Origin: Octopus sinensis
Taxonomy: Eukaryota
Direction: 5' to 3'
Length of the DNA: 64,000 nt
NCBI RefSeq assembly: GCF_006345805.1
Contig: NC_042999.1
Coordinates: forward strand, 170,748,001-170,812,000
Shown: positions 38,898 to 52,440 of the stretch, piece by piece
How the letters are laid out: each line of letters opens with the position of its first letter
How positions within the stretch are numbered: position 1 is the first letter of the stretch
Translations under genes and position numbers: made by a program
The notes under the pieces: model-generated
Told to the model about the DNA's origin: nothing
The model's input: only the letters and a program-made list of their open reading frames with translations
Database searches by the model: none

Positions 38898-39011
38898 ATA
38901 TATATATATGTGTATATATATACGTATATATATATATATATGAATGTATATATGTATATATATATGTGTATATATATATGTATATATATGTGTATATATA
39001 TGTATGTATAT

Positions 39012-39066
<55 letters not shown>

Positions 39067-40701
39067 GCTAAATGTAAATGTATCGCTGTATTGCTATTGC
39101 TACAGCCTTCCATGATGAGCCTTTTACAACACGTACATGCTTTGTTACCAACTTAGGTATAAAAGTGGTCTTTTATTTTTGGTATATCTTCAGTTCTGGA
39201 CGGGTATGCTAAAACATGTTTAATAGCACATAACTGATAGCAATTACCCTGTTGTTTATAGAGTGAATCCAGCATCCTTACTGTGGCTGTAGGCTCTTGA
39301 ACGAGAGCAACCCGTATCAGAAAACCTGTTACCAGTTAAGGTCACGTGCATATCGTGTATGTTGACGCTTTCCATTTTGTTTTCTCTTTCATTGTATAGC
39401 TCACCCTAGACCTAAACATTTCACTCGTAACATTAAATCTAACATTAAATAGAAAAACTTATTTTAAAGCTCTTAATTTCTATTAAATTAATCATCTTAC
39501 AAGACATTAAAAGTAGTTTAGCTTGTGGACGTGAGTTGAAATCCTGGGTCTGTCAACTGATGCATAAATTTAAAGATCACAAATACGAGAATAACTGACA
39601 GGAGAATATATGTGGTATTTGCACTGGAATGTAAAAAAATGATCTACTTCACTTGATTTAATAAAGGTTTGCTTCGAAATTTTGAGAACGATAAATTAAG
39701 TAAGAAACTTGAATAAGATCGGCGAGTATATCCGCCAAAACAATGTGATTATATCAACTAAGATTCTTCTACATATTTCATTTTCCCTTGCAGCGATAAC
39801 AAGGACACATATGTTGCTTGTGGTGATACAAGTTTTTGTGGAAGTTGAAGCTCTCCAGGGAAATGATATGAAACGTTTAACTTTGCTGTGACCCATAATA
39901 AATGATAATAGAACCAATGCGTATGTTAATCTATTGCATGAATGACATTCTTTGTTACATGAAGTAAATTACATCGCAAATATTGTTTATCACTAAGTAC
40001 TATAATTTTGGCGTTGGAATTTGGCCCAAATTCTGAGACATTGAACATTTATTGTATTCTAAGTTCACATTCAACAATATATTACTCGTTCCAAATAATA
40101 TATATGGCTAGTGTAAGGATGATAAGCAACATCACAGTAACATTTACTACTCTAGCTATAGTTTCCACAACGATTACTGATGATTTATTAAACTTTTTCC
40201 CGACATTTATCAAATAGCTTCGTGAAAATTGCTTTAAATGTGAAATGAGCCTCCTGAGAGTTTTCTTGTCTATACGAGGAAAGGAAATGCTGCCAACATT
40301 TTGATTTTCAAGGAGAGAGAAGCGAAGAAAAAGTTTCATTTTTTTTTAAGACAAAAAGAATGTTGTTCTAGTAGTTAACCTATGTCATGCATTTCTATTG
40401 ATTTCTTCTTGCTGAAATATTTCCAGAATTAGAAGTGAATGAATGTAAGACTGCTAATAAATATTCCTGTTTCTTATGAGTGTCGCATTGTGATATAAGA
40501 GCAAACTTTCGACCAAATCGAGTTCATGCTTCTGATTTGATAAGTGGCTAAAATACTTTCACCTATTTTCACGTTTATGGTATACGAATATTTCAACACG
40601 CGAGCTTGATCTTTGCTGCAAAAGTCAAAATATCATACTTAATCAAAACACAACACTTGTAACATTACGTAATTTGATTTTATTATTCATAAACGAGAGA
40701 C

Positions 40702-40915
40702 GGCGAGCTGGCAGAATCGTTAACACGTCGGACAAAATGCTTAGTCGTATTTCGTTCGTTTTTACGTACTGAGTTCATATTCTAGTGAGGTTGACTTTGC
40801 CTTTCATCTTTCGGAGTCGATAAAATAAGTACCAGCTAAGTACTGGAATCGATATAGTCAACCTATTCCGTTTCCTGAAATTGCGACCCTTATGCCAAAA
40901 TTTGAAATCATTATT
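40702..40915 (+). mobile_element. SINE family A
   Basis: ggcgagctggcagaatcgttaacacg...ggagtcgataaaataagtaccag. Confidence 0.82.
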
Positions 40916-42319
40916 CATATAAGAAAGCGATCTATGTGCTGTTATAAGAATGATAAAGTTGTAGTAAATCATTTTTAAAGTAAGCATATAACCCGTGTAC
41001 ACGTATGCTATTGGTATGGATGAAAGACTATGAATGTGAAACCTTTGATATGCGGATGTTGATGATGTAGTTTGCATAGTCATAGTGTTGCCTACCAGTA
41101 CATCCAAATCTGTCCTGTTCGAAAACCCTACACTAAAGAGCTGAATGAAGCTTAGGAAACTGAGCCATTATGACTTCCAACCAGCAAGTCATTTAAAATA
41201 TTTCATTTCTGATTAGAAAATACAATGTCTTGTAGATTTTGCATATGACAGGAATATTGTAAACTATAAAATAGTATGGATATCATGGAATATCACTTTC
41301 CCGTGCAAATGTAACTGATAACGTGCACCTACAAAATAATACATCATAGTGGGCCTTTATCATCTACGTACAACTTTCGTCAAAAGACACACTTCATCAC
41401 ATTTCCTTCTTTGCCAAAATGTTAGTCTTAGTTCAATGGAAGGTTGATATTATCAAATAACTTCCAAAAGAATCGTGATTTAACTGATTAGTCCGCAGAC
41501 ATATAGTCAGAAATGTTGACTCGAGCCAACTAAGAGACGACACAATTACTTAGATTACTAATAAGTGTTCTCAAACTATCTGTAGAATCAATATTGGCAT
41601 TCACTCTAAGAATTCTATCAAACTGTCTACAATGGCCATATGAATGAACCTGTGACAAAGAAAATATAAAATAAGCAACAAAAATATTATTCCATTGTTT
41701 GCAGTATTGAAATCGAAGTGAAAACTGTCAGAAAATTCCTTTAGTTCCTTTACCTTGAATAGAAGCGACTTTGGACGTTTATAATTACTTGCACTATCGA
41801 GAGATTCACAAAATTCTTGAGAACAACTGGTTTCTATAATACAAATATATAAGCGCCGTCACAATGATTATTAGTGATTGAATTCACACAGGAATGAACT
41901 ACGCGCTATTTAAAAAGTCGTGTGAGAATCTTTCAGCAGTTCATATGGCATTCAATATGAAAAGGAACAAGTCTAAACTGTCAAATCTATTTGAATATTT
42001 TTTTTAATTGCGTATAAGTGAAATACCTTTACTTTATTAGTGAAAAGTAAGGATTCGTAACGTTTCAAATTATGTATTCACCGGATAATGGCATTTATTC
42101 GCTTGTCAACGAAATAATAGTATGTGATGAATAATACATCGGGTACAATTTCAATGACTGTACTTTCTATAACTGCTATATAATTGCGCGTTTCACTTGA
42201 TTATTTTGCTCTTCTATATATTTGAACCGAAATTGCTGCACGGCATATAATATAAATATTCACCTTCACTTTCTCTGTCTATCTCTCTGTCTCCCTCCAC
42301 CCCTCTCTCTGTCTGTCTG

Positions 42320-42400
<81 letters not shown>

Positions 42401-42959
42401 CTGGAATATCTCCCGATAATTTTGTGACTTGCAATCCGACTATGCCTTGTCACTGTTATTTATTTATTAGTTTGATTTCGCTTATTGATTACATCTACAT
42501 TCTCGTCTAAGAGGGCAATTCAGTACCTTTACTCGAAGAATAATTCAGCAGAGTTTGGACATTATGGAAGTAGATCTATGTGCATATTCATTTAAACTAT
42601 ATTCGATAATGCTTTTACAGTGCTACTGCTAGAGCCAATATATTGTATATTTGACTGAACTTCTGAGGAAATTTGTAATTTGGATTTGGAGAAAAATACT
42701 CAACACCACTTGTAAGTTCAACAATAACAGGGACAGGTTCTATATTAGATGGGAAGATAAATGTAGACGGGTAGAGTCAAAGTAGAGTGTCTGTGAATGC
42801 CTCATGGTATTTTTCGTACAAGACCTATTAATCAGTAAGGGAGAAATGAGTATATCATGTGTGTATTCGGTGGCAAAACATAATATTTGATGAAAATGCC
42901 ATGAGTATACAACTGTTCTATCTGAACTAGAGTAACGTAACTAAGCAGAAACCTTCAAG

Positions 42960-43840
42960 GGAAACATCTTTTCAGGAAAATATGCCTTAGTACATATTTG
43001 ACAAGCCAGCATGTGCTAAAATCATTGGCAAGGAGAATATCTTTCCTTGAACCTGTGAAATATTTATTACACGTCACCTGGTCTGTTGTTTGCCTGTTGT
43101 CTGCAAAGTTCAGATAACTGGCAGGACGGGTACTGAGGTCCTTCATGACAAGAGACCAAGAAACTATGCTGACCCTGTAGAGAACCTTTGTTCTTAACTG
43201 CCTGGGCTACTGCTCCCAGTTTTGGTCACCACATAGCGCCAAACTAACAGCAGAGCTTGAAGCAGTCCAACACCACTACACTAAAAAGAGTTAAACAGTG
43301 CTGCCGATAAGCTACAAGGATAGGCTGAGAAAACTACAGCTTTACTCCCTGGAGCGAAGGCGTGAAAGATATGCAATAATATACATATGAAAAATCCTAG
43401 AAGGGCTAGTACTTAACTTTGGCATTGAGTGTTATACAGATGCTAGAACTGGCCGCCATTGTATTGTACCAAAGGTAGCATCTACTCCCTCTAAATTCAG
43501 GACCAAGTACTGCAATAGCCTAGGGTTCCAAGGCCCACAGCTCTTCAATATCCTGTCACAAAAATTAAGAAATTTGCATAAAGTGGAAGTAGATGTCTTC
43601 AAAAAGGAACTAGACATCCACTTCTCCACAATACCGGATGAACCGACAGCCCGGCATGAGGTACAGACGAGGGCAGCGGAATCAAACTCCCTAATACACC
43701 AAATGTACCAACAGCTGGGACAACGGCTCATACAGGGGTGCTGATGTGAACACCCGGACTGAGTAAGTCAGAAAGACCATGGTAGTGCTCCAGCATGTCC
43801 ACGGATGCATGGCTGAAACGATTAAAAGAATAAAAGAGTT
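42960..43840 (+). mobile_element. 5'-truncated CR1/L2-like LINE with 3' UTR, followed by (TATG)n
   Basis: Translation LRSFMTRDQETMLTL*RTFV, GYCSQFWSPH, LEAVQ, RLRKLQLYSLERRRERY, NSLGFQGPQLFNIL, VDVFKKELD, IPDEP and AAESNSLIHQ: classic post-RT C-terminus. Confidence 0.9.
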
Positions 43841-43852
43841 ATATATGCTTGC

Positions 43853-43986
43853 ATGTATGTATGTATGTATGTATGTATGTATGTATGTATGCATTATGTA
43901 TGTATGTATGTATGTATGTATTATGTATGTATGTATGTATTATGTATGTATGTATGTATGTATTATGTATGTATGTATGTATGTAT
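43853..43986. repeat. (TATG)n microsatellite
   Basis: Directly visible. Confidence 0.95.
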
Positions 43987-44089
43987 GGATTGTTCCAGAT
44001 GTTTTGATCGACCGAGAAGACTGCTCGTAAAATTAACTTGCATGTGTCTGACCACTCCCGGGACAAGCGAACGTATGACAAGAGTATGA

Positions 44090-44252
44090 CAAGACTGGCC
44101 TGTTGAATTACAGGTACAGCTCCTTTTTGACAACTGAGTGTTCTGCAGCAAGGAGAAATAGTCTTGCCCAAGGATACAATTCGCCGCCAGGAACGAACTT
44201 ACAAACCTATGGTCGTGAATCGAATACCCTAGACACTAAATCACGAACCTTC
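44090..44252 (-). mobile_element. Diverged tRNA-headed SINE (C-like)
   Basis: gtcttgcccaaggatacaattcgccgccaggaacgaac...aataccctagacactaaatcacg. Confidence 0.55.
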
Positions 44253-44906
44253 ACACACACACACGCACACAGGCACACACGTACACACGCACACATACGC
44301 TCGCACAGAGTGATATGTGTGTGTTTGTGTGTATATGCGTGTTTGTATCTGAGAGAGTGTGTATCGTGTATGTATGCGTGTGCGTGTGTATTTACGTGTG
44401 TACATGAGAGACTTTGTATACTTGGTGTACGTTCGTATGCGTGTGCGTGGATTTGTGTGTCGTGGATAGCTTCAACTCACTGTTGTTTAACAACAACAGA
44501 TCCGTCATACTTACTGTGAATGAAAATTCATGACTATCCACTCGATGTGCCCCATCGAAGCAACGATAATTGCAGCTAGTTTATTTTCTTCCTTCAATTT
44601 TATATATTTTCCTCTCTAATGTCCAGTAGAAATAACCAGAAGCTTATTTTCTTTCTTATTACGGGATTATATCTTAAGGTAGGGGAATTAAAGGCTTTAC
44701 TACTTAATAGCAAAGAAAAGAGCAATCTTTTCGTTTAAAAAACACATTATATCGCTTTTTCTTTCCTATACACACAAACGCACGCACACACACACACATA
44801 CAAATATATATGTATGTGTGTGTATTTGCGTGTGTGTGTGCGCGCGTATGTGCGTATACATAGGTATATAAGGATATATATATACATACACACATGTATA
44901 TATATG

Positions 44907-44979
<73 letters not shown>

Positions 44980-45590
44980 GCACGCACACACGTGCACAGA
45001 TATGTACACATATAGCATTAAGGTCTCTCCTGGTCGATATTGTTTTCGATATTGTAGGAAAGAAGTCCTGTCTTTTATATGCAAAGATAATATGAGGCGT
45101 TTGTATACCTCCACATACCGCAACTACGTACCGTCGTACATGCAGAGACAGGTATATATCAAACGTACAACCTCACATACATATGATAAAATATGCATGA
45201 CATTTTTTTCTGTTTCCTGGAATATTTTTTCCCTTTACTTATTATAAGATTACTGCTAGAAAATGTATTTCGAGCGACAAATAAATAGAGGATTAAAAAC
45301 TGCTCTAAAATATAAGTTGTAGGAAAGGTTTCCCCTAGCCACAATTGGTTGCTTATTCTTGCTTTATCGAACTATGTTTACTGTTCCAATACCGTAATCT
45401 TCTTAGGTACCAATTAATTCCAACGTTATTGACCCGGACAGATCTAGTAAGTGAGTGGTGTGTGTCTAAATACTTTAGTATTTATTTAATTTGTATTTTT
45501 AGATTTTGTGGAATAAGTAGATAATTGTAATTTATGAGTTGTGAATAACCTGTGATAATTATAGTAGAAGGAATAATAACGATATTAATA

Positions 45591-45623
<33 letters not shown>

Positions 45624-45638
45624 CCGATGATGATACAA

Positions 45639-45681
<43 letters not shown>

Positions 45682-47614
45682 ATAATAATAATAATAATAT
45701 AGTTTTAAATTAAGAGTGGTAAAAACTGCAATGTCTTATTAAGTGTCCAATGAGCTGCGTCAGTCATGGTGCTCTGTTGACTCTAATTGATTTGCACCGC
45801 TTAAGGCCTAAGAGAAAATAGTAGCGTCCTACCTATCATTTTTCGTTTGTTCAAAGAAAAGTTTATTTATCGATAAATGAATATTTTCTAAGATAAGACT
45901 GTTAATGGATGTGGCTTCCACTGTTGTGCTTCCATTGTTAGTGTTTAATATATTGAGCAAAGTAGCAAGTAAACGCCATCATAAAAAGAAAAAAAAGAAT
46001 ATTATTATATAATGACAGTTAGTACTGTCATTATTCTGATTCTCTTGGAAATTAGAGGTAGCAACCTAGTCAGATTCCTGTCTTATTAACCCCTTTTTAA
46101 GTGAGCATATACGTCAATGTACTAGCCGGAATTAGTAAGTTGAAAATCACTAAGTAAATATATACATGAATGTATAATTGCTGACGTAGAGACTTAAAAA
46201 TATGCTACATTGTTCTAAGATGATATCTCACGAGTCTTAAGATATTTGATACAGTGAACATCAGCATACTTTTTCTTGAATATTGAGCAGTAAGCAATCA
46301 CGAAGTATTATTGAAAAATATTTTGATGCTTGTAAATTTACGTAGAGTTTCTCTTAGTACTGCTTCGTCAGTTACTGTGAAATCTATTCTCTGCTGATCA
46401 GGTCAAATAAGAATTAAAATGATCGATGCGGTATCCTTCGTTTGCTGAAGTAAAAAACATAACTTTAATCAACATTTTATATTATTTTTATCCCTGAACT
46501 AAACTTTGCTTGCACATTTCTTTGATACTCAGTTTAACTATTGTCTTTTGTCACAAGGAAGACAGGAGTTATTTTTTCCGTGAATACATCTATTGTTTAA
46601 TTTAGTTTGATTAAGTTTCCGAAATGAAGCTGCATCATTGATGATTTTTCTTAGTCGATCAATAAGTACCAGTAATATATTGAGTTTAATTCAATCAACT
46701 CTTCTTGATATATGTTGTTAACGATAAACTTCTGACTTATGGCTATGTGAGATAACAATATAAATGTAAAGATATTATTGATTACATTAGAACTAAGTTC
46801 TCTTGGAGACAAATTCGTGACTCGATTTCATTAAACACTGATTCTAGTTCATTTCGTTTACGCCGCTAATGTACTTGATAAAGCAATGAATGTTTGAAAT
46901 TACCATTTTTTTCATTGTCAATTTCCAAAACTTGTCGTTACGCACGAAATAGATATTTGGTTGTAATCTCTGTAAACTATATGTGTAACTGTACGTTTAA
47001 GTTCATAAATGAGATTCGATTTTTTGATATATTTATAGTTTCGTTTCTAATAGGAGAGTATAAATTACTGGCGGTATAGATTTCCTTGCAAACAACCAAA
47101 ACATTGACAGGTTATATAATTTAAAAAATAACGCTCCCATGCGAATTAATACTAAAAAACCTAAAGCAGCTATGCAAGAAAACTTCAGCTTTTAACACTT
47201 ATACATAGACGTTGCGTTACGTTCTGCTATGCGCTTAGCTGCACATAACATTGGCCTCATCGGCACAATGACCTTAAATACAAGCTGAAGTTACCGACAA
47301 TGTTGTAGGACGAAAACATACCAGTGGTTAAGTGAGGTAGGATAAGTTAACGTGCGATTACTAATGTGGCCGTCGGGAGCAAATATATCATATATCATTC
47401 TTCTACATCCAATGGACATGTCTGACATCAATAATTATTGTATATGATTCAGAGTCAATGAAAATATCTTAATGAAATTGTATGCCAAGTTAGCATATCA
47501 CGACAAATCAATAGATATGTTACATATGTCGGATTATTTCGAATGTATTATTTAACATGATCTGTTTCGTCTCCCATATCACAGACTTGCTCTAAAATCA
47601 ATTGAAGACAACTA

Positions 47615-48333
47615 AGGGCCTCTCGCTCAGGATGAAAGGTAGGCTGAATGATGCATGTATGTGAACTGCCATGCTACACGCTGTGAAACATGGGTCATGA
47701 CTGTTGAGGAATGCATAGGCTTGAAAGAAATGAAGCTACAGTAGTATGATCCGCTGGAAGTGTAATGTCAGTGTGGATAAACCACAGAGTGTAAGCGCCC
47801 TGAAAGAAAAGTTGGGCATAAGAAGTATTAAATGTGGTGTGAAAGAGAGACGACTGCGCTGGCATAGTCATGTGTTACATATGGATGAGGATGACTGTGT
47901 GAGTAAGTGCCACTCCCTCACTGTGGTAGGTACCTGTGAAAGAGGTAGACCCAGAAAGACATATGACAAGATGGTGAAGCATGACCTTCGAACATTGTAA
48001 CTCACAGAGGCAATGACAGGAGACCGAGACCTTTGGAGATATACTGTGATTAAGAAGACTCGGCAACTAAAGTAAGATCACAGCCATGGCCGATGATAGT
48101 GTTGCATGTGCGACCCGTTTAAGTGTACCCCTAATGCGTCGGGCGATATTATATGCTTGAGAAGACCTGTTGAGTCAAATAAAACCAAAATCATAGCTGT
48201 GGCCAGTGACCCCTGACTGGCTCCCGTTTATTGTGACACGTAAAATGCATCGTCCGAAGTGATTGATGCCAGTGTTTTCTGACTGGCTCCCGTGCCGGTA
48301 GCACGTAAAACGCACCATCCGAACATGGTTGAT
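47615..48333 (+). mobile_element. RTE-clade LINE 3' end with 3' UTR
   Basis: KGLSLRMKGRL, then MIRWKCNVSV..LKEKLGIRSIKCGVKERRLRWHSHVLHMDED...GRPRKT: the RTE C-terminal RRLRW.GHV.RM and GRP motifs. Confidence 0.9.
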
Positions 48334-48775
48334 GCAAAGTCAACCTCGGCGGAATTTGAACTCACAACGTAACGCAGACGAAATACCACTAAGCATTTCA
48401 CCCGGCTTGCTAACGCTTCTGCCAGCTCGCCGCCTTTGCCAGCTCGCCGCCTTTGCCAGCTCGCCGCGGTCTACTTTGCCTTTCATCCTTCCGGGGTCGA
48501 TAAATTAAGTACCAGTTACTCACTAGGGTAGATATAATCGACTTAATCCGTTTGTCTGTCCTTGTTTGCCCTCTCTGTGTTTAGCCCCTTGCGGGTAGTA
48601 AAGAAATAGGTATTTCGTCTGTTTTACGTTCTGAGTTCAAATTCCGCCAAGGTCAGCTTTGCCTTTCATCCTTCCGGGGTCGATAAATTAAGTACCAATT
48701 GCGTACTGGGGCCGATCTTATCGACTGGCTCGTCCTCCCCAGAAATTTCAGGCTTTGTTCCTAGAGTAGAAAGTA
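48334..48775. mobile_element. SINE family A composite: inverted head (48334-48433), 17-bp triplication, sense 3' half (48468-~48607), second 5'-truncated copy (~48610-48775)
   Basis: Segments align directly to the full-length copies at 16197 and 32870. Confidence 0.85.
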
Positions 48776-49577
48776 ATATAGGGCACTTTAGCTAAGTATA
48801 TGATCAAATGTATTCCAACTATGATAAAAATGCTCGTTTCTACTCATTGGGACATTTTATTCAACATATAAAACCATTTCTTTTAAGAGTGTAGGGTGAT
48901 ATATCAAAGCTATTTCTATTCTGTCGGAATGTAATTTGAGGCTTCTCAGTTTGCTAATTTCTCTTAGGTAAAGAAATGACTACACTTGGATTTGAACAGA
49001 CAAAATATAACGAAAACGGGTATTATGCAAGTTATTTAGATATAAATAATATTTATTTGGTTGAAAAAACTTTACATATTCTGGTAGATAGAAGCAAAAG
49101 CTAAATGTTAGAAAGGCATAAGGTGAAATTAAATTATATCGGCTGGAAATTGATAGAGAGGGTAACTTGTTTTGTGTTTCATAGTATTTACCATATTCTT
49201 TTATGGAATGTTTGGTAGAATGCACAGCATACGGAATTCGTTGTAATATAAGATTTATATGAGTAAGGCAAGTTATCGTAAAGTTATCTTCCTGAAGCTC
49301 TCGAGACTTAACGAACTCGAATAAAAGCATGAAATTTAACATGAAATTTAACAATAGAAACAACGATACAGAATAAACAATTAGAATAAATCTAATAGAT
49401 TATATATTTAAAAATACTACATTTATTACAAATTCAAACCACCTATCTAACATCTCCAACAATGTAACTAAAAGTGTTAAGTTAAATGCAAGGTTATAAC
49501 TGATAACAAATTCATTCACTGTCTTTTATCACAGAAAACTCACTGTAGACAAATGGTGTAGATACACCAAAATTAGA

Positions 49578-49825
49578 TCGCATAGCCACCTACCCAGACT
49601 GTAAGATCCAAACATTTCGCCGTGTTATCTCCTCTTCAATCGCAGAAACTGGATAGGGTGCACTGTGAGCTGATACGAGAGATTTTCTGTCTTATATTCC
49701 AGTCATCGTACAATGACTCATAGCGCTAATCGGCGGCTCGTCCTAAATAAAGAACCCGGGCTGAAGAGGAGATAACCACTCCGAAATGCTTGCATCTCAC
49801 AGTCTGGGTTGGCGACACTGCGAGC
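49578..49825. mobile_element. Inverted pair of Penelope/retrozyme-like terminal segments
   Basis: acccagactgtaagatccaaacatttcgccgtgttatctcctcttca (49592-49638) is an imperfect reverse complement of tgaagaggagataaccactccgaaatgcttgcatctcacagtctgggt (49762-49809). Confidence 0.7.
49753..49810 (+). ncRNA. Type I hammerhead ribozyme motif (family 2)
   Basis: CTGAAGA (49761-67), stem II GGAG/ataacca/CTCC, GAAA (49783-86), stem III ATGC/tt/GCAT, predicted cleavage after the AUC at 49796. The proximal stem I is imperfect in this copy. Confidence 0.7.
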
Positions 49826-50879
49826 TGACTTATTTATACCATTTATACCAAATGTCTACAGCGAGAACTTTTTCCATGACAAAACACAATGAATGGCTTT
49901 CTTACGAGATCAAACGTGCTCCAGTCATATTTGAACTGGTAATAACCTTGCATTTATACATATCGCTGCTTAGCGTTGCCACCTTGTAATTCGTTAAATT
50001 AAAGTTTACATCGAGTATACATGCTCGTCATTCGAGCTTATCCCGATTTCACGACGTTAAAGTAACTGTAAATAAAAAACTTTTCCCTACTGAAATGGAC
50101 ACTCGTCCATCGTAGTTTTAAAGTCCAATTACTGGTATTCATTTTCAACAGAGTGTATAAAAGCAGTGTGAAATGTACTATTCTCTAGGACACATCACAT
50201 TTTCTCAGGCCAACAATGAAACACATGATCATTAAGCTGCTCTGTCAACCTCTGGGCTCACTACGTCACCGCTTAAAGTGAGTAAATAAAATTCATATAA
50301 TATTTTCACACATAATAATATTTAAGAGTGAAACCACTCACTAAGGTAAAATAGTGATTTGAAATAATAACTGGACTCAAGGGAAAGCAAACTAAATTAT
50401 ACAAAAGAAGAAAACACACAAAGAAGTTTTAGAGTAACTATGAAATTTTGCTTTGCCATTTTTCAACAGTAACTTGGTCTGTCATATAGAATTATATTTA
50501 ATTTTTTAAAAATTATAAAGAATTATATTTAATTTCAAAAGAATCCCACAAGAAACAATCTACATAAGCTATCTAATAGACTCAAAACCCAATGGGTTGC
50601 AGTTGCTTTTCTAGCTTCAGCAACATTATAGCAAATAGTAAGCACAACAAACCACAGCATATTTACAGTAACGACGTACATTATCTTTCCTTAATCGATT
50701 CAATGGCAGGAAGGTAAGGTAATAACTCAGTATAATGACTTGCAAGACAGCTAACGAAATAACCAGCAATACAAGTGTAATAATAATAATTTGTTTCTTA
50801 TTAGCCGTCAATATCATATAGAAATGATTGTTTCCTGTTTTTTATTCCTTCCTTTTTGCCTTGTTCTCTTTCTGCAAAT

Positions 50880-51500
50880 ATTCCTTTACTTATTACCTCC
50901 TTAAAGTGTGCTTCTTCTTTTCGTGTTAGACAATAGCATAGGCTTGTCTTCTCCAGTTTTACTAACTCTCCAACATTCATTAACTTCTTTCGTACTGCTA
51001 TTCTTTTCCAGTATAACTGACCTATATCAGATTAGGGTGCATGTTTCTGTACATTGCGAACTGCTTTCTTGTTTTCCTGTCGATGTCTTTAAGCTCAGTC
51101 TTTCTCCTACCCAATAATTCCTGCTCCATAGCATATCGGTAACACTGCTTAATATTGATGGTTTGTATTCCATTTGAATGTTAATATCTTATTCATTCAG
51201 CGAAATTATAATTTGCGTTCAGTGGCCTTCATTTCTATACTTTTGATTTTGTCATTTTCCAGTATTCACAGGTGTTTATGCCCCTTCATCGTTAAATGAC
51301 TGTATATTTGCATTATTAAGTATGTCTATCCTAACATTTTTAACGGGTTTCTGCTGCTTCATCTATTTCATTGTATATTTTTCGATTTGTAAAACCATTC
51401 TAGAGTTGTTACTGAATATTCTTACAATTAGCAATGACAATCCCAGTGTGATTTTGTTTTGTCATGAAGCTTTAAATAATGAATAAGTAGATCTTTCATT
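50880..51500 (-). mobile_element. Decayed R4/Dong-like reverse transcriptase segment
   Basis: Reverse complement gives YGAGIIG.RKTELKDIDRKTRKQFAMYRNMHP..DI and a GYK.LGILE.D-like relic (EGA*TPVNTGK). Confidence 0.7.
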
Positions 51501-51829
51501 ATCCCCACTATTCTTTTCCAATAATAATCATACCTTAGCTTTCGTTAGTGTGAGCAATAAGAGGACTGGATGTGAGAGACGTCGCCTTGAAGGCTTTTAC
51601 TTCTCATCTGTATGTCTGTTAATTTTCTCTTCCTGATGTTAACCGTACTCTCTTTTGAAGCATATTCTAACAGACGTCTACAATCATTTAATGTTCTCGA
51701 GAATTCTAGGCATCACTTAATCCACGTGTATTTGACTTCACCGTACGGTTTTTTACAATCGACTCACACGGTGCATAAACCTACCAACTCTTAGTTTGCC
51801 TTTAAAACTAGAGAGAAGTTCTAAAATTC

Positions 51830-52265
51830 TAGACATCAAGGTACACTTGAGATCGAGGTATCGATCACTGGTACACCCCCCATTTTAACCCCACAGCAAT
51901 TTGGGCCAAATTTCGTTAATCAGTTAATCAAAAATCATCCCACGATTTGCTTGAGTGGCCTAGGTAAAGATTTATTCATCTCAACCCATTCTTAGCGCAT
52001 ATTCCCTCTGTGTATAAAATTTAAAGAAAATCGGTTGGAAACTTTAAATGTTATGGCAGAAAATATCATTCATATGAGAAATTGCATTGAAATGCCCTAT
52101 TGATTTTTGAGAAATCGATGCTGTTTAAAACTTACCGATGTTTTTGAAATTTCAAGTACATAAGCTCCACACACATGTCAAGTTTATCGGTTGGATAGTC
52201 TTGGAGGAGTTAATGTAACAGCTTCACAAACACACACACACAAACAGACAGAAATTGCCATTTAT
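51830..52265 (+). mobile_element. Non-autonomous element resembling Helentron-associated (HINE/DINE-1-like) repeats
   Basis: aaatttaaagaaaatcggttgga, gtcaagtttatcggttggatagtcttggaggag and acaaacagacagaaattgccatttatgtat running into a microsatellite. Based on recalled motif resemblance only. Confidence 0.4.
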
Positions 52266-52341
52266 GTATGTATATATACATATACATACATACATACATA
52301 CATACATACATACATACATACATACGTACATACATACATAC

Positions 52342-52417
<76 letters not shown>

Positions 52418-52440
52418 ATATATATTATATATATATATAC

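Noticed and set aside
40082-40339. ORF ending in a TM-like helix (possible Cys-loop receptor M4)
   Set aside because: The resemblance is superficial, and no upstream receptor-like sequence was found.
41100-41650. Possible very old RTE/L2 RT relic
   Set aside because: It is too decayed for any motif to be read with confidence.
47181-47293. 11-bp inverted repeat aacttcagctt/aagctgaagtt
   Set aside because: It is short and does not extend, so it is compatible with chance.
48980-49363. 127-aa minus-strand ORF
   Set aside because: No recognisable domain; it begins in a short tandem duplication, and its composition mirrors AT-rich background.
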